A DNA stretch of 64,000 bases from positions 108,635-172,634 of the forward strand of contig JAGYJG010000001.1 in NCBI GenBank assembly GCA_018402155.1, in the 5' to 3' direction. The notes under the pieces were generated by a model. That model did not search any database. It worked only from the letters and a program-made list of their open reading frames with translations, and was not told where the DNA came from. Positions 1-9,064 of this stretch are shown here, one piece after another. The stretch comes from Bacteroidia bacterium (GTDB lineage Bacteria; Bacteroidota; Bacteroidia; NS11-12g; UBA9320). The translations under genes were made by a program, and so were the position numbers. Each line of letters starts with the position of its first letter. Position 1 is the stretch's first letter.

Positions 1-1056
1 ACTGATTTTAGTCGTGAGCTTAGAACTAACGTGGAGATGTATTTTAGAACTTCCAATATCTCCAAGTTTGCAACTCCATCGCTTAAAGTGAAAGCAGTAA
101 TCCTGCTTGTTACTTTTTTCGGGGCTTATTTCTCCATTCTTTTTTTTGGTCTCTCTGCTTGGCCAATATTACTCTTATGTGTACTAATGGGCTTGGCAAA
201 AGCCGGTATTGGTATGGGTTTGATGCACGATGCAAATCACGGGTCTTTCTCCAAAAATCAAACTGTCAACAAAATATTTGGGCATACAGCTGATATCTTA
301 GGAGTCAGCTCTAGTAACTGGAAAAACCAACACAATAGACTTCACCATACATATACGAATATATATGAGCACGACGAAGACGTGCATGGGAAAGGGTTAT
401 TCCGTTTTACAAAGGATGCCCCACGAAATAAAATACACCGTTTTCAGCACATTTATTGGGCATTCTTTTATGGATTACTCACTTTAGGTTGGTTTTTTGC
501 AGATTTTGCTAAGTATAGTGTTTACCGAAAAAAAGGGCTCAACCAAGCCAAAGGACTAGAAATGGTAAAAGAATATGGAGAAATGGTGTTTTTCAAACTT
601 GTCTTCTTATCGTATATGGTCATAATTCCAATGCTAGTTTTAGACTTTGCTTTTTGGCAAGTGCTTATTGGGGCATTTACCGTAGAATTTGTGGCAGGTT
701 GGATTTTGGCTGTTATCTTTTCACTCGCTCACGTTGTAGATAAATTTGATCTGTCTAACCACGATAAATTTAATGGAACTACAGAAGATGAGTGGACAGT
801 GCACCAAATACACAATACGTTTGATTTTGCCGTAAAAAATAAAGCATTAACTTGGTACTGCGGGGGATTAAATTATCAGGTAATCCATCATTTATTCCCA
901 AATATATCTCATGCTCATTACCCGAAATTGTATGATATAGTAAAAGATACAGCACGTAAACATGGGATTAATTACCAAGAATTTGCTACGTTTAGAGAGG
1001 CTTTCATCTCGCACCTAGTATTTTTGAAGAAATTGGGAAGTTCTCAGTTTGCCTAA
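1..1056 (+). CDS. Membrane fatty-acid desaturase, front-end (Delta6 / linoleoyl-CoA desaturase-like) family; the 5' end runs off the window
   Basis: The frame is open from nt 1 (TDFSRELRTNVEMYF...), so the listed ATG at 31 is probably internal. Three histidine boxes (HDANH, HNRLHH, QVIHH) are separated by hydrophobic spans. Confidence 0.85.
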   Translation, partial: TDFSRELRTNVEMYFRTSNISKFATPSLKVKAVILLVTFFGAYFSILFFGLSAWPILLLCVLMGLAKAGIGMGLMHDANHGSFSKNQTVNKIFGHTADILGVSSSNWKNQHNRLHHTYTNIYEHDEDVHGKGLFRFTKDAPRNKIHRFQHIYWAFFYGLLTLGWFFADFAKYSVYRKKGLNQAKGLEMVKEYGEMVFFKLVFLSYMVIIPMLVLDFAFWQVLIGAFTVEFVAGWILAVIFSLAHVVDKFDLSNHDKFNGTTEDEWTVHQIHNTFDFAVKNKALTWYCGGLNYQVIHHLFPNISHAHYPKLYDIVKDTARKHGINYQEFATFREAFISHLVFLKKLGSSQFA

Positions 1057-1169
1057 TTAAATTGTACTAATTATCAAACACTTAGGTTTATAACTTAGAG
1101 GTGTTTTTAGGTACTCTTTTGGGAGTTAATAGCATACTTTGTAAGCTATTAAAATAAGTACTATTATTC

Positions 1170-4085
1170 ATGATAAAGACATTTAAAAGAATCACGACAT
1201 TATCTCTCGTGCTCGTTACCCTAAGACTGTTTGCTCCACCCAGCCAACAGTTAGTCATAAATAGCAGTACTTGGGCAGAAACCACCTTTGATTCCTTGAG
1301 TGTTGACGAAAGATTGTCGCAACTATTCATGATAGAGGTGCGGCCCACCTATGGAGAAAAGCATTTAGCCGCCGTAGAAAAAACTATCAAAGAACATAAG
1401 GTGGGGGGGATTATTTTCTTCAAAGGAAACCCAACAGAGCAAGTAAAATTGACCAATCGGTATCAGCGGCTGAGCAAGACGAAAATGCTCGTTGGGATAG
1501 ATGGTGAGTGGGGTTTGGCCATGCGGCTGTCAAATACAATACCTTTCCCCTATCAACTTGGCTTAGGAAGTATCCGGGATGACGCTATTATCTATGAGAT
1601 GGGCAAAGAGATAGGTAGACAGTGTAAAAGGATAGGTGTGCATGTCAATTTTGCGCCAGTTATTGATGTTAATAATAACCCTGATAATCCTGTAATAAAC
1701 TACCGTTCTTTTGGGGAAAATCCCAAAAATGTGAGTACAAAAGGTTGGGCATATGCAAGTGGCTTACAAGATGCAGGAGTAATTGCTTGTGCGAAACATT
1801 TTCCAGGACACGGGGATACTGATGTAGACTCCCACAAAGATTTACCTGTTATAAATCATACCATGGAGCGATTGCGCCAAGTTGAGTTTCAGCCGTTTCA
1901 GTACCTCATAGATAAAGGAATAATGTCTGTAATGACTGCACACTTGTATATACCAGCAATAGACAATCGGAAAAATATTGCGGTAAGTATATCAGATAAA
2001 GCTATTAATGGAATTTTGCGCAGAGAAATGGGTTTCTCTGGACTCTCCTTTACAGATGCATTAAATATGCAAGGAGTAGCGAAGTATCATCCCGACGGGG
2101 AATTAGAACTCAAAGCACTACTTGCTGGAAATGATATTTTATTAGCGCCCGGTGATATTCCCAAGGCAATAGAGCTAATGAAAAAAGCAATGGATCAAGG
2201 CTCTCTTAGCGAAGAGTATGTATGGAATAAGGTAAGAAAAATACTTAATTACAAACATACAATGGGTCTTCATAATTGGCAGCCACTAAACGAGCAAAGT
2301 GTAGAGGAAGACCTTAACAGCACGCGTGCCAAAGAAATAAATTTTGCCCTAGTAGAGCAAAGTTTATGTCTAGCCAAAGATGATAACCGTCTACTCCCTG
2401 TAAATCCTATAGAACATAAAAAAATACTGTCTATTGCCATTGGTGACGGTAATAAAACTACTTTTCAACGAAAAATGACGACCATAGGCAAATTAGAAAC
2501 TATTGGGATTAGTAAAAATGCTACTGCAGCTCAATTTACAGCTCTTAGCAATCAAATAAAAAACTATGACCTAGCAATAGTATCGCTGCACCAAACTAGT
2601 AAATATCCGCCTAATTATGGAGTCACTGCTACCACCGCTGGCTTTATATCTCAAATAGGGAAAATGGGAAATACACTTGTGGTAGATTTTGGTAATCCTT
2701 ATAACCTGAAAAAATTTGAGACAATAAATAGTGTGTTAATTGCATTTGAAGACCAAGAAGCCCATCAAATAAAGGCTGCACAAGCCGTTTTTGGGATGAC
2801 TACTATCAGTGGAACTTTGGCTGTATCCATAGGAGATAGCTATAAATCGAACATGGGAATAACCACAAAAGCCTTCAGTAAATTTGGAGCTGTGCTTCCG
2901 GAGGAAGTGGGAATGACAAGTGCCACACTTCAAAAAATTGATAAAATAGCTAATGATGCAATACGTAATGGATCTACACCAGGATGCCAGGTATTAGTCG
3001 CCAAAAATGGAAGAGTAGTATACAATAAAAGCTTTGGTAAACATACTTTCAATAGTGAACAAAATGTACAAAATACTGATTTGTATGACCTAGCAAGTAT
3101 TACTAAAGTAGCAGCGACTACTATCAGTATTATGAAGCTAGTGGAGCAGGGATTGCTCTCTCTTGACGATAAAATGGTGAAGTATTTGCCAGAGCTAAAA
3201 GGCACTAACAAAGAGGTTATGACAATACAAGAGGTTTTGGAACACAAAGCTGGGCTTGAAAGTTGGATACCTTTTTACCGCGAAACAATACAAAGTCCCA
3301 AAATCTATGACTCTGTTTATTCTGCCGTTGCTACAGATTTACATACTACCTACTTGGGCAATAATCTGTATATGTTAAATACATATAAGAAGCATATTAT
3401 GCAGAAAATTTATGATTCTAAAATCGGTTTAAGATCTACGTATAAGTATAGCGACCTTGGCATGATACTAATGAAAGAACTTATAGAAAGAGTAACTAAA
3501 TCAGATTTTCACGAGTTTGTAAACACGTCATTTTATGAGCCAATGGGTATAGAAAGACTTACTTTTTTGCCTTTGAATAAATTTAAAAAATCGGAAATAG
3601 TACCTACTTCGCTCAGCCCTGATATGCGCAAAGGACTGGTACACGGAACTGTACACGACCCTGCAGCTGCTATGCTAGGTGGCGTCAGTGGGCATGCAGG
3701 TCTTTTTGCAAATGCAGAAAGCCTAGCTAAACTTATGCAAATGTTGTTAAACGGGGGGACCTACGATAATGTACAGTATCTGAAACCTGAAACAATTGCT
3801 CAATTTACAAGGAAACAAGCAAATGATTCCCGAAGAGGCATTGGCTGGGATAAGCCGGAGACAAATAGGAGTAAGGTGAATCCTGCTTCAGATTATGCCT
3901 CTACAAAATGCTTTGGGCATACTGGTTTTACCGGCACAATGACTTGGGTAGATCCTCATTACAATTTAGTTTATGTGTTTTTGAGTAATAGAGTATACCC
4001 GACGCAGGAAAATACAAAATTAATTAGGTCCGGGGTGAGAACAACCATCATGGATGTAATTTATGAAAGTTTTCTCAAACCGTAA
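1170..4085 (+). CDS. Secreted two-domain protein: N-terminal glycoside hydrolase family 3 (NagZ-type beta-N-acetylhexosaminidase) fused to a C-terminal serine beta-lactamase/PBP-fold hydrolase
   Basis: 971-aa ORF with a hydrophobic N-terminus. KHFPGHGDTDVDSH is the NagZ-type GH3 motif. The C-terminal half carries ASITK (SxxK), YSD and HTG motifs of class C beta-lactamase-like enzymes. Confidence 0.85.
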   Translation: MIKTFKRITTLSLVLVTLRLFAPPSQQLVINSSTWAETTFDSLSVDERLSQLFMIEVRPTYGEKHLAAVEKTIKEHKVGGIIFFKGNPTEQVKLTNRYQRLSKTKMLVGIDGEWGLAMRLSNTIPFPYQLGLGSIRDDAIIYEMGKEIGRQCKRIGVHVNFAPVIDVNNNPDNPVINYRSFGENPKNVSTKGWAYASGLQDAGVIACAKHFPGHGDTDVDSHKDLPVINHTMERLRQVEFQPFQYLIDKGIMSVMTAHLYIPAIDNRKNIAVSISDKAINGILRREMGFSGLSFTDALNMQGVAKYHPDGELELKALLAGNDILLAPGDIPKAIELMKKAMDQGSLSEEYVWNKVRKILNYKHTMGLHNWQPLNEQSVEEDLNSTRAKEINFALVEQSLCLAKDDNRLLPVNPIEHKKILSIAIGDGNKTTFQRKMTTIGKLETIGISKNATAAQFTALSNQIKNYDLAIVSLHQTSKYPPNYGVTATTAGFISQIGKMGNTLVVDFGNPYNLKKFETINSVLIAFEDQEAHQIKAAQAVFGMTTISGTLAVSIGDSYKSNMGITTKAFSKFGAVLPEEVGMTSATLQKIDKIANDAIRNGSTPGCQVLVAKNGRVVYNKSFGKHTFNSEQNVQNTDLYDLASITKVAATTISIMKLVEQGLLSLDDKMVKYLPELKGTNKEVMTIQEVLEHKAGLESWIPFYRETIQSPKIYDSVYSAVATDLHTTYLGNNLYMLNTYKKHIMQKIYDSKIGLRSTYKYSDLGMILMKELIERVTKSDFHEFVNTSFYEPMGIERLTFLPLNKFKKSEIVPTSLSPDMRKGLVHGTVHDPAAAMLGGVSGHAGLFANAESLAKLMQMLLNGGTYDNVQYLKPETIAQFTRKQANDSRRGIGWDKPETNRSKVNPASDYASTKCFGHTGFTGTMTWVDPHYNLVYVFLSNRVYPTQENTKLIRSGVRTTIMDVIYESFLKP

Positions 4086-4143
4086 GATTTAGGCATTATT
4101 TTTGACTGCTCTGATAATCTAACAATGAAATGTAAATAAACAC

Positions 4144-4875
4144 ATGAAAAAAAGTATTCTCGCCTTTTTATTAGCATTTACCATTACATCTTGTCAAGAA
4201 TTATTAGAGGTATTAAACTCTAATATAGGAGGAGGTCTGCCTGGTATTACTCAAGCAGAGGCATCTTCAGGCCTCAAGCAAGCACTAGAAAAAGGAGTCA
4301 TATTAGGTACTTCTTCCTTAGGGCAAAGTGGAGGATTTCTGAACAATGCATCGTACAAGATTTTGATGCCAACAGAAGTGCAAAGTGCGGTATTGAAAAT
4401 AAAGGAAAACCCGGTAACTAATGCGCTTGCCGGTCCTTTTTTGGAAAAAGTAGAAGTAGCCATGAATACGGGGGCCGAAAAAGCTATGGCAGAGGCTAAA
4501 CCTATTTTTTTAAATGCTATAAAGTCTATGAGCATAACTGACGCCATAGGTATTGTGACAGGTGGTGAAGGAGCAGGTACTGCATTTCTTCAGCGCACTA
4601 CTACAGAAAGTTTGAAAAGTAAATGTTCACCTGTTATTAAAAATTCACTGGACAAAGTGAATATCAATGAGCCATGGAGTAAAGTCACTTCAGCATATAA
4701 TATTGTGATGGGCAAAAGTGTAAATACTGATCTCAATGAATATGTCACAGACAAGGCTATACTTGCCTTATTTGCTCAAATAAAACAAGAGGAGGATAAA
4801 ATACGCGGTAATCCTTTAGCACGAACTACAGACCTACTGAAAAAAGTATTTGGATATGCGGATACCCAAAAATAA
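4144..4875 (+). CDS. DUF4197-family lipoprotein
   Basis: Signal peptide with lipobox (LAFTITSC). Conserved blocks GLKQALEKG, YVTDKAILALF and EEDKIRGNPLARTTDLLKKVFG resemble DUF4197 proteins. Confidence 0.65.
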   Translation: MKKSILAFLLAFTITSCQELLEVLNSNIGGGLPGITQAEASSGLKQALEKGVILGTSSLGQSGGFLNNASYKILMPTEVQSAVLKIKENPVTNALAGPFLEKVEVAMNTGAEKAMAEAKPIFLNAIKSMSITDAIGIVTGGEGAGTAFLQRTTTESLKSKCSPVIKNSLDKVNINEPWSKVTSAYNIVMGKSVNTDLNEYVTDKAILALFAQIKQEEDKIRGNPLARTTDLLKKVFGYADTQK

Positions 4876-5386
4876 TGAAAGTAAATTAATACTACCGAAG
4901 CACTCGCTACTTGCGGGTGCTTTTTTATTGTTGGTGATTTTTGGAGCCAAAATAAATATAAAGGTTGCTGCACCTGTGTCGTTTACCTTACAAACCTTGT
5001 TTATTGGGTTGGCATATAATTATTTGCCTTTCTGGTGGCGAAGTGGCCTTATTATTTGCTACTTGATTTTGGGTGTTGCCGGTTTACCCGTTTTTAGTGG
5101 TGGGATAGGATGGCACTACTTTGTGTCTATACCATTGGGCTTTTTTATAGGATTTGTAATTGGAGTTATATTGCCCTGGCAGAGTAAAACTAGCAGTATT
5201 TCTCCGTTATATAACTTTCTAATTTTTCACGGGGTTGTAGTATGTTGCGGGGTGTTTTGGGTGGGATTTCATTTAGAGTCGGCAAGTATGGCCCTAGATA
5301 TGGGAGTAGAGTTGCTACCTGGAGCACTACTGAAAAGCATACTGGGAGCAGTTATCGTTTGGTTCATAGGTCAAGTTGAAACCTAG
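4850..5386 (+). CDS. bioY: Biotin transporter BioY (ECF S-component-like)
   Basis: 178 aa and polytopic. FTLQTLFIGLA and YLILGVAGLPVFSGGIGW match conserved BioY blocks. The start overlaps the upstream gene by 26 nt and is uncertain. Confidence 0.7.
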   Translation: MDMRIPKNNESKLILPKHSLLAGAFLLLVIFGAKINIKVAAPVSFTLQTLFIGLAYNYLPFWWRSGLIICYLILGVAGLPVFSGGIGWHYFVSIPLGFFIGFVIGVILPWQSKTSSISPLYNFLIFHGVVVCCGVFWVGFHLESASMALDMGVELLPGALLKSILGAVIVWFIGQVET

Positions 5387-5529
5387 TAAACATAAGTACA
5401 TAATTTTTTCATCAAGTCATAAAACTAGTTATAAGTGTTGTAATTTTTAAATCTTCGAACTTGCAATGCTAATAGGAGTACGATTTAAGCTATTTCTATC
5501 GCAGACCTAATATTTTTATGTCTCATTCT

Positions 5530-5694
5530 TCACTGGTTTTCTTTTGGCTTATTTAGGATGACCAAAGCTCCAATAACACCCGGAACCCAGCCCACTAAAG
5601 TGAGCAGAAAAACAATGGTTATAGAACCACAACCTCTATCGTACACAGCTAATGGTGGTAAAATAACGGATAGTATTACACGCCAAATACTCAT
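5530..5694 (-). CDS. Pmp3/YqaE (UPF0057) family small membrane proteolipid, 54 aa; absent from the ORF track, whose shortest listed ORF is 60 aa
   Basis: Hand translation gives MSIWRVILSVILPPLAVYDRGCGSITIVFLLTLVGWVPGVIGALVILNKPKENQ. The LPPL...G...LLTL.GW.PGVI.AL pattern is typical of PF01679. ATG at 5694 lies 3 nt after the mutase stop; TGA at 5530-5532. Confidence 0.7.
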   Translation of the reverse strand: MSIWRVILSVILPPLAVYDRGCGSITIVFLLTLVGWVPGVIGALVILNKPKENQ

Positions 5695-5697
5695 AAT

Positions 5698-8421
5698 CTA
5701 ATGGCTAAGTTTTGTTAAAATATCTATTGCTGCTTCTGCAATTACAGTGCCTGGGCCAAAAACAAAGTGTACACCTGCATCATACAAAAAGGCATAATCT
5801 TGTTCAGGTATCACGCCGCCAGCTACTACTACCACATCATTCATTCCTAGGCTTTTCAGCTCCTCTATTACTTGTGGCATTAAGCTTTTGTGTCCTGCAG
5901 CTAGTGATGACACACCCAAAATATGAACGTCGTTTTCCATGGCCTGTTTCGCCACTTCCGCAGGGGTTTGAAAAAGTGGTCCTATATCTACATCAAATCC
6001 TAAATCAGCAAAGGCAGACGCTATTATTTTTGCCCCACGGTCATGCCCGTCTTGGCCCATTTTGGCTACAAGTATGCGGGGTCTTCTGCCATCTAAGGCT
6101 GCAAAATTATCTGCTGCCTTGCGCGCCGTTATAACTATTTTATTGTCTTGCACTTCCTTCAAATATACACCACTTATTGTTGTATTTTTTGCTTGAAATC
6201 TTCCGAATACCCTCTCTAGTGCATCGGATATTTCGCCGAGTGTGGCTCTAGCTTCTGCTGCCTCTACGCATATTGCAAGAAGATTTTGGGTGGCATCTGC
6301 ATTGTCAACGCTTCTATTTGCAGCTGATTCTAGTCTAGCTAATATATTTTCGACCGTATAATTATCCCTCTCAGCCTTTATTTTTTTTAATCTTACAATC
6401 TGGCTTTTACGTACCGCTTCATTGTCTACTTCTAGTATGTCAAAATCTGATTTCTCATCTGTTTTATACTTATTTACGCCTACTATTATATCCTTACCTG
6501 CGTCTATATTAGCTTGTTTTATGGCTGCACATTCTTCTATGCGCATTTTAGGAATGCCACTTTCTATGGCTTTTGCCATACCGCCGAGTTCCTCTATTTC
6601 TATAAGGTACTCCCAAGCTTTTTCTGCAAGTTCTTGAGTGTATAGCTCTATGATTTCACTGCCTCCCCATGGGTCTATTATTTTGGTAATATCTGTCTCT
6701 TCTTGAATGATTTTTTGTGTATTTCGAGCTATTTTGGCACTAAAATCAGTGGGAAGTGCCATGGCTTCGTCAAAGCTATTGGTGTGTAAGCTTTGTGTTC
6801 CGCCAAATACTGCTGCTAATGCTTCTATGGTGGTTCGGGCTACATTGTTGTATGGGTCTTGCTCTGTAAGGCTCCATCCACTGGTTTGGCAGTGGGTGCG
6901 GAGTGCCATAGATTTTTCATTTTTCGGATTAAATTCTTTTATAAGTTTTGCCCAAAGAAGCCGTCCCGCCCTCATTTTGGCTATTTCTTTGTAGAAAGAC
7001 ATACCAATACCCCAAAAAAAGCTAAGTCTGGGAGCAAAATCGTCTATAGCAAGTCCTGCGGCTATTCCTGTGCGTACGTAGTCTAGCCCATCGGCCAAGG
7101 TATAGGCTAGCTCCAATTCTGGAGTGGCTCCCGCCTCTTGCATATGGTAACCGCTGATGCTAATGCTGTTAAATTTAGGCATATAGGTACTTGTGTATCT
7201 AAAAATATCCGAAATAATACGCATACTTGGTGCGGGAGGATATATGTAGGTATTACGCACCATAAATTCTTTTAAAATATCGTTTTGTATGGTTCCTGCT
7301 AGTTTGCTTTGGTCTACACCCTGCTCTTTTGCGGCAGCAATATAAAATGCCATAATAGGCAAAACGGCACCATTCATAGTCATACTTACAGAAATATCAT
7401 CAAGCGGTATTTGATCAAACAAGATTTTCATATCTTCAATTGTATCTATGGCTACACCGGCCATACCTACATCACCAGTTACGCGTGGGTGGTCACTGTC
7501 ATAGCCGCGGTGTGTGGCTAAGTCAAAAGCAACAGATAGCCCTTTTTGGCCAGCAGCTAGGTTTCTTCGATAAAAGGCGTTGCTTTTTTCTGCTGTACTA
7601 AATCCAGCGTATTGACGGATGGTCCACGGTCTTATGGCGTACATCGTAGAATAGGGGCCACGTAGGTAAGGAGGTATGCCTGGCTGCGTTTTTAGGAGTT
7701 CTTGATTCTTTCTTATTATTTGACCATTAATACGGGCTTTTGTACCTATTTTATTGAGGTACGCGCTTGTCAACTCCTCTATAAACCAACTTCCTCTCGC
7801 AGCGTCGTATACATTTGCCATGTGGCTTTCACTTTTTAGCAGTACTAAAATATTTTTGGCTAGCCTATGACCTTGCTCGGTGTTTTTTTGATTGAATGGG
7901 GAAATGCAAATATGCTTTGCACCACCTATGATAGCAGAAGCTGCTGCTATGGTCTGTCTTATCAAGTTGTTGTGCGTAAAGGCATCATCAGAAGCGGGAA
8001 TTACGGCATTGATTTCCGTGTCGGGATATGCTATTCTCAAAGCCCGAAGTTTTGCTATGTTTTCATAAAACGCGGTACTTATTTCAAAGTAAACGGCACC
8101 ATTGTTAGCTGGTTTTTTTAAGTTTTTGAGAATCAATTCGCCGCAGTTTTTGCCCAGTTCGGTGAGTTTTGATACAGATTTGTCCACACCCTCCAGTTTC
8201 ACATCAGAATGAGTTGTAATCAGCCAATCTGTGTGAGGTATTTGATGAAAATTTGAGCTATTTTGATCAGTGTAATACAGATCTAAGACAAGGCCGTCAG
8301 AAGTGGTATATGCCAAGTCTTCTAGGCTTTTTCCTTTGAGGTCTCTAGTTGCTTTTGCTCTCCACTCTGCTAAGCTACAGGCAGCAAACTCATCAAACGT
8401 TAGTTTTTTGTTTAGATGCAT
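5698..8421 (-). CDS. Methylmalonyl-CoA mutase, single chain: MutA-like N-terminal region + MutB catalytic barrel + C-terminal B12-binding domain
   Basis: 907 aa. Core block [64 protein letters not shown]. The C-terminus has the GQDGHDRG cobalamin-binding motif. The first ~230 aa resemble a shortened small subunit ([40 protein letters not shown]). Confidence 0.9.
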   Translation of the reverse strand: MHLNKKLTFDEFAACSLAEWRAKATRDLKGKSLEDLAYTTSDGLVLDLYYTDQNSSNFHQIPHTDWLITTHSDVKLEGVDKSVSKLTELGKNCGELILKNLKKPANNGAVYFEISTAFYENIAKLRALRIAYPDTEINAVIPASDDAFTHNNLIRQTIAAASAIIGGAKHICISPFNQKNTEQGHRLAKNILVLLKSESHMANVYDAARGSWFIEELTSAYLNKIGTKARINGQIIRKNQELLKTQPGIPPYLRGPYSTMYAIRPWTIRQYAGFSTAEKSNAFYRRNLAAGQKGLSVAFDLATHRGYDSDHPRVTGDVGMAGVAIDTIEDMKILFDQIPLDDISVSMTMNGAVLPIMAFYIAAAKEQGVDQSKLAGTIQNDILKEFMVRNTYIYPPAPSMRIISDIFRYTSTYMPKFNSISISGYHMQEAGATPELELAYTLADGLDYVRTGIAAGLAIDDFAPRLSFFWGIGMSFYKEIAKMRAGRLLWAKLIKEFNPKNEKSMALRTHCQTSGWSLTEQDPYNNVARTTIEALAAVFGGTQSLHTNSFDEAMALPTDFSAKIARNTQKIIQEETDITKIIDPWGGSEIIELYTQELAEKAWEYLIEIEELGGMAKAIESGIPKMRIEECAAIKQANIDAGKDIIVGVNKYKTDEKSDFDILEVDNEAVRKSQIVRLKKIKAERDNYTVENILARLESAANRSVDNADATQNLLAICVEAAEARATLGEISDALERVFGRFQAKNTTISGVYLKEVQDNKIVITARKAADNFAALDGRRPRILVAKMGQDGHDRGAKIIASAFADLGFDVDIGPLFQTPAEVAKQAMENDVHILGVSSLAAGHKSLMPQVIEELKSLGMNDVVVVAGGVIPEQDYAFLYDAGVHFVFGPGTVIAEAAIDILTKLSH

Positions 8422-8898
8422 ATGGCAAAGGTAAGCTTAACACTCATTATTTATAAATTTCATGTGGTGTAGTAAAGTAAGTTGTATCGCAAGCCCTTTT
8501 TTATATTTTTTTAATCAAATGGTGATTCTACTTTTAAATGGTAATCTATAGCTTACATCTTATAATGTCCAATAGCCATTGTTCAAATTAGTACTATAAG
8601 CTAAATTCAATATAGTATTTGTACCATTTTAAATCAAAAAAATATCAGTGACGCATACGTGCTTATATCATTTTATAGATGGCAATTTAGCAATGCACTA
8701 GTTGCGCTTAAAGTAAAGTGTGAAAATCAAAAAAAAATGTAGCAGTCGGAGTGTCAAAACTGTGGTTAGATTTGAATGTTAAAATATGGTATAATGTAAG
8801 GAAAGTAGCTCAATTTGGTACTAATTTAGTATAAGGCTAAGGTAACTGAAGCAGAGCTATTCAAAAGAGCTTGGCGGAATTCATAGTGTTTAACTTAG

Positions 8899-8970
8899 TG
8901 GCCTCGGCAAGAATCGAACTTGCATCTAAAGTTTAGGAAACTTCTATTCTATCCATTGAACTACGAGGCC
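8899..8970 (-). tRNA. tRNA-Arg (anticodon CCT)
   Basis: The minus strand reads GGCCTCG TA GTTC AATGGATA GAAT A GAAGT TTCCTAA ACTTT AGAT GCAAG TTCGATT CTTGC CGAGGCC A. This folds into a full cloverleaf with a 7-bp acceptor stem, a TTCGATT T-loop and anticodon CCT. No CCA is encoded. Confidence 0.9.
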
Positions 8971-9048
8971 TTTTAATAGATTGCAAAGATGATGCGTCCA
9001 AAGGAATTTTGCAACTATTAGAAATTCGGTTGGGAGAATACATATTCC

Positions 9049-9056
9049 TATCTTTG
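9049..9056 (+). promoter_or_regulatory. Bacteroidota -7 promoter box TATCTTTG (TAnnTTTG)
   Basis: Exact consensus match. It ends 8 nt before the ATG at 9065 and overlaps the GTG at 9056 used by the ORF track, which argues for the ATG as the start. Confidence 0.35.
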
Positions 9057-9064
9057 TGCCAACA

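Noticed and set aside
8585-8828. Inverted 10-mer AAATTAGTAC / GTACTAATTT and loosely similar TAAGCTAA / TAAGGCTAA motifs in the spacer beside the tRNA
   Set aside because: A single 10-mer match within about 480 bp of AT-rich DNA is within chance expectation. There are no extended arms and no target-site duplication, so there is no support for a MITE or att site.
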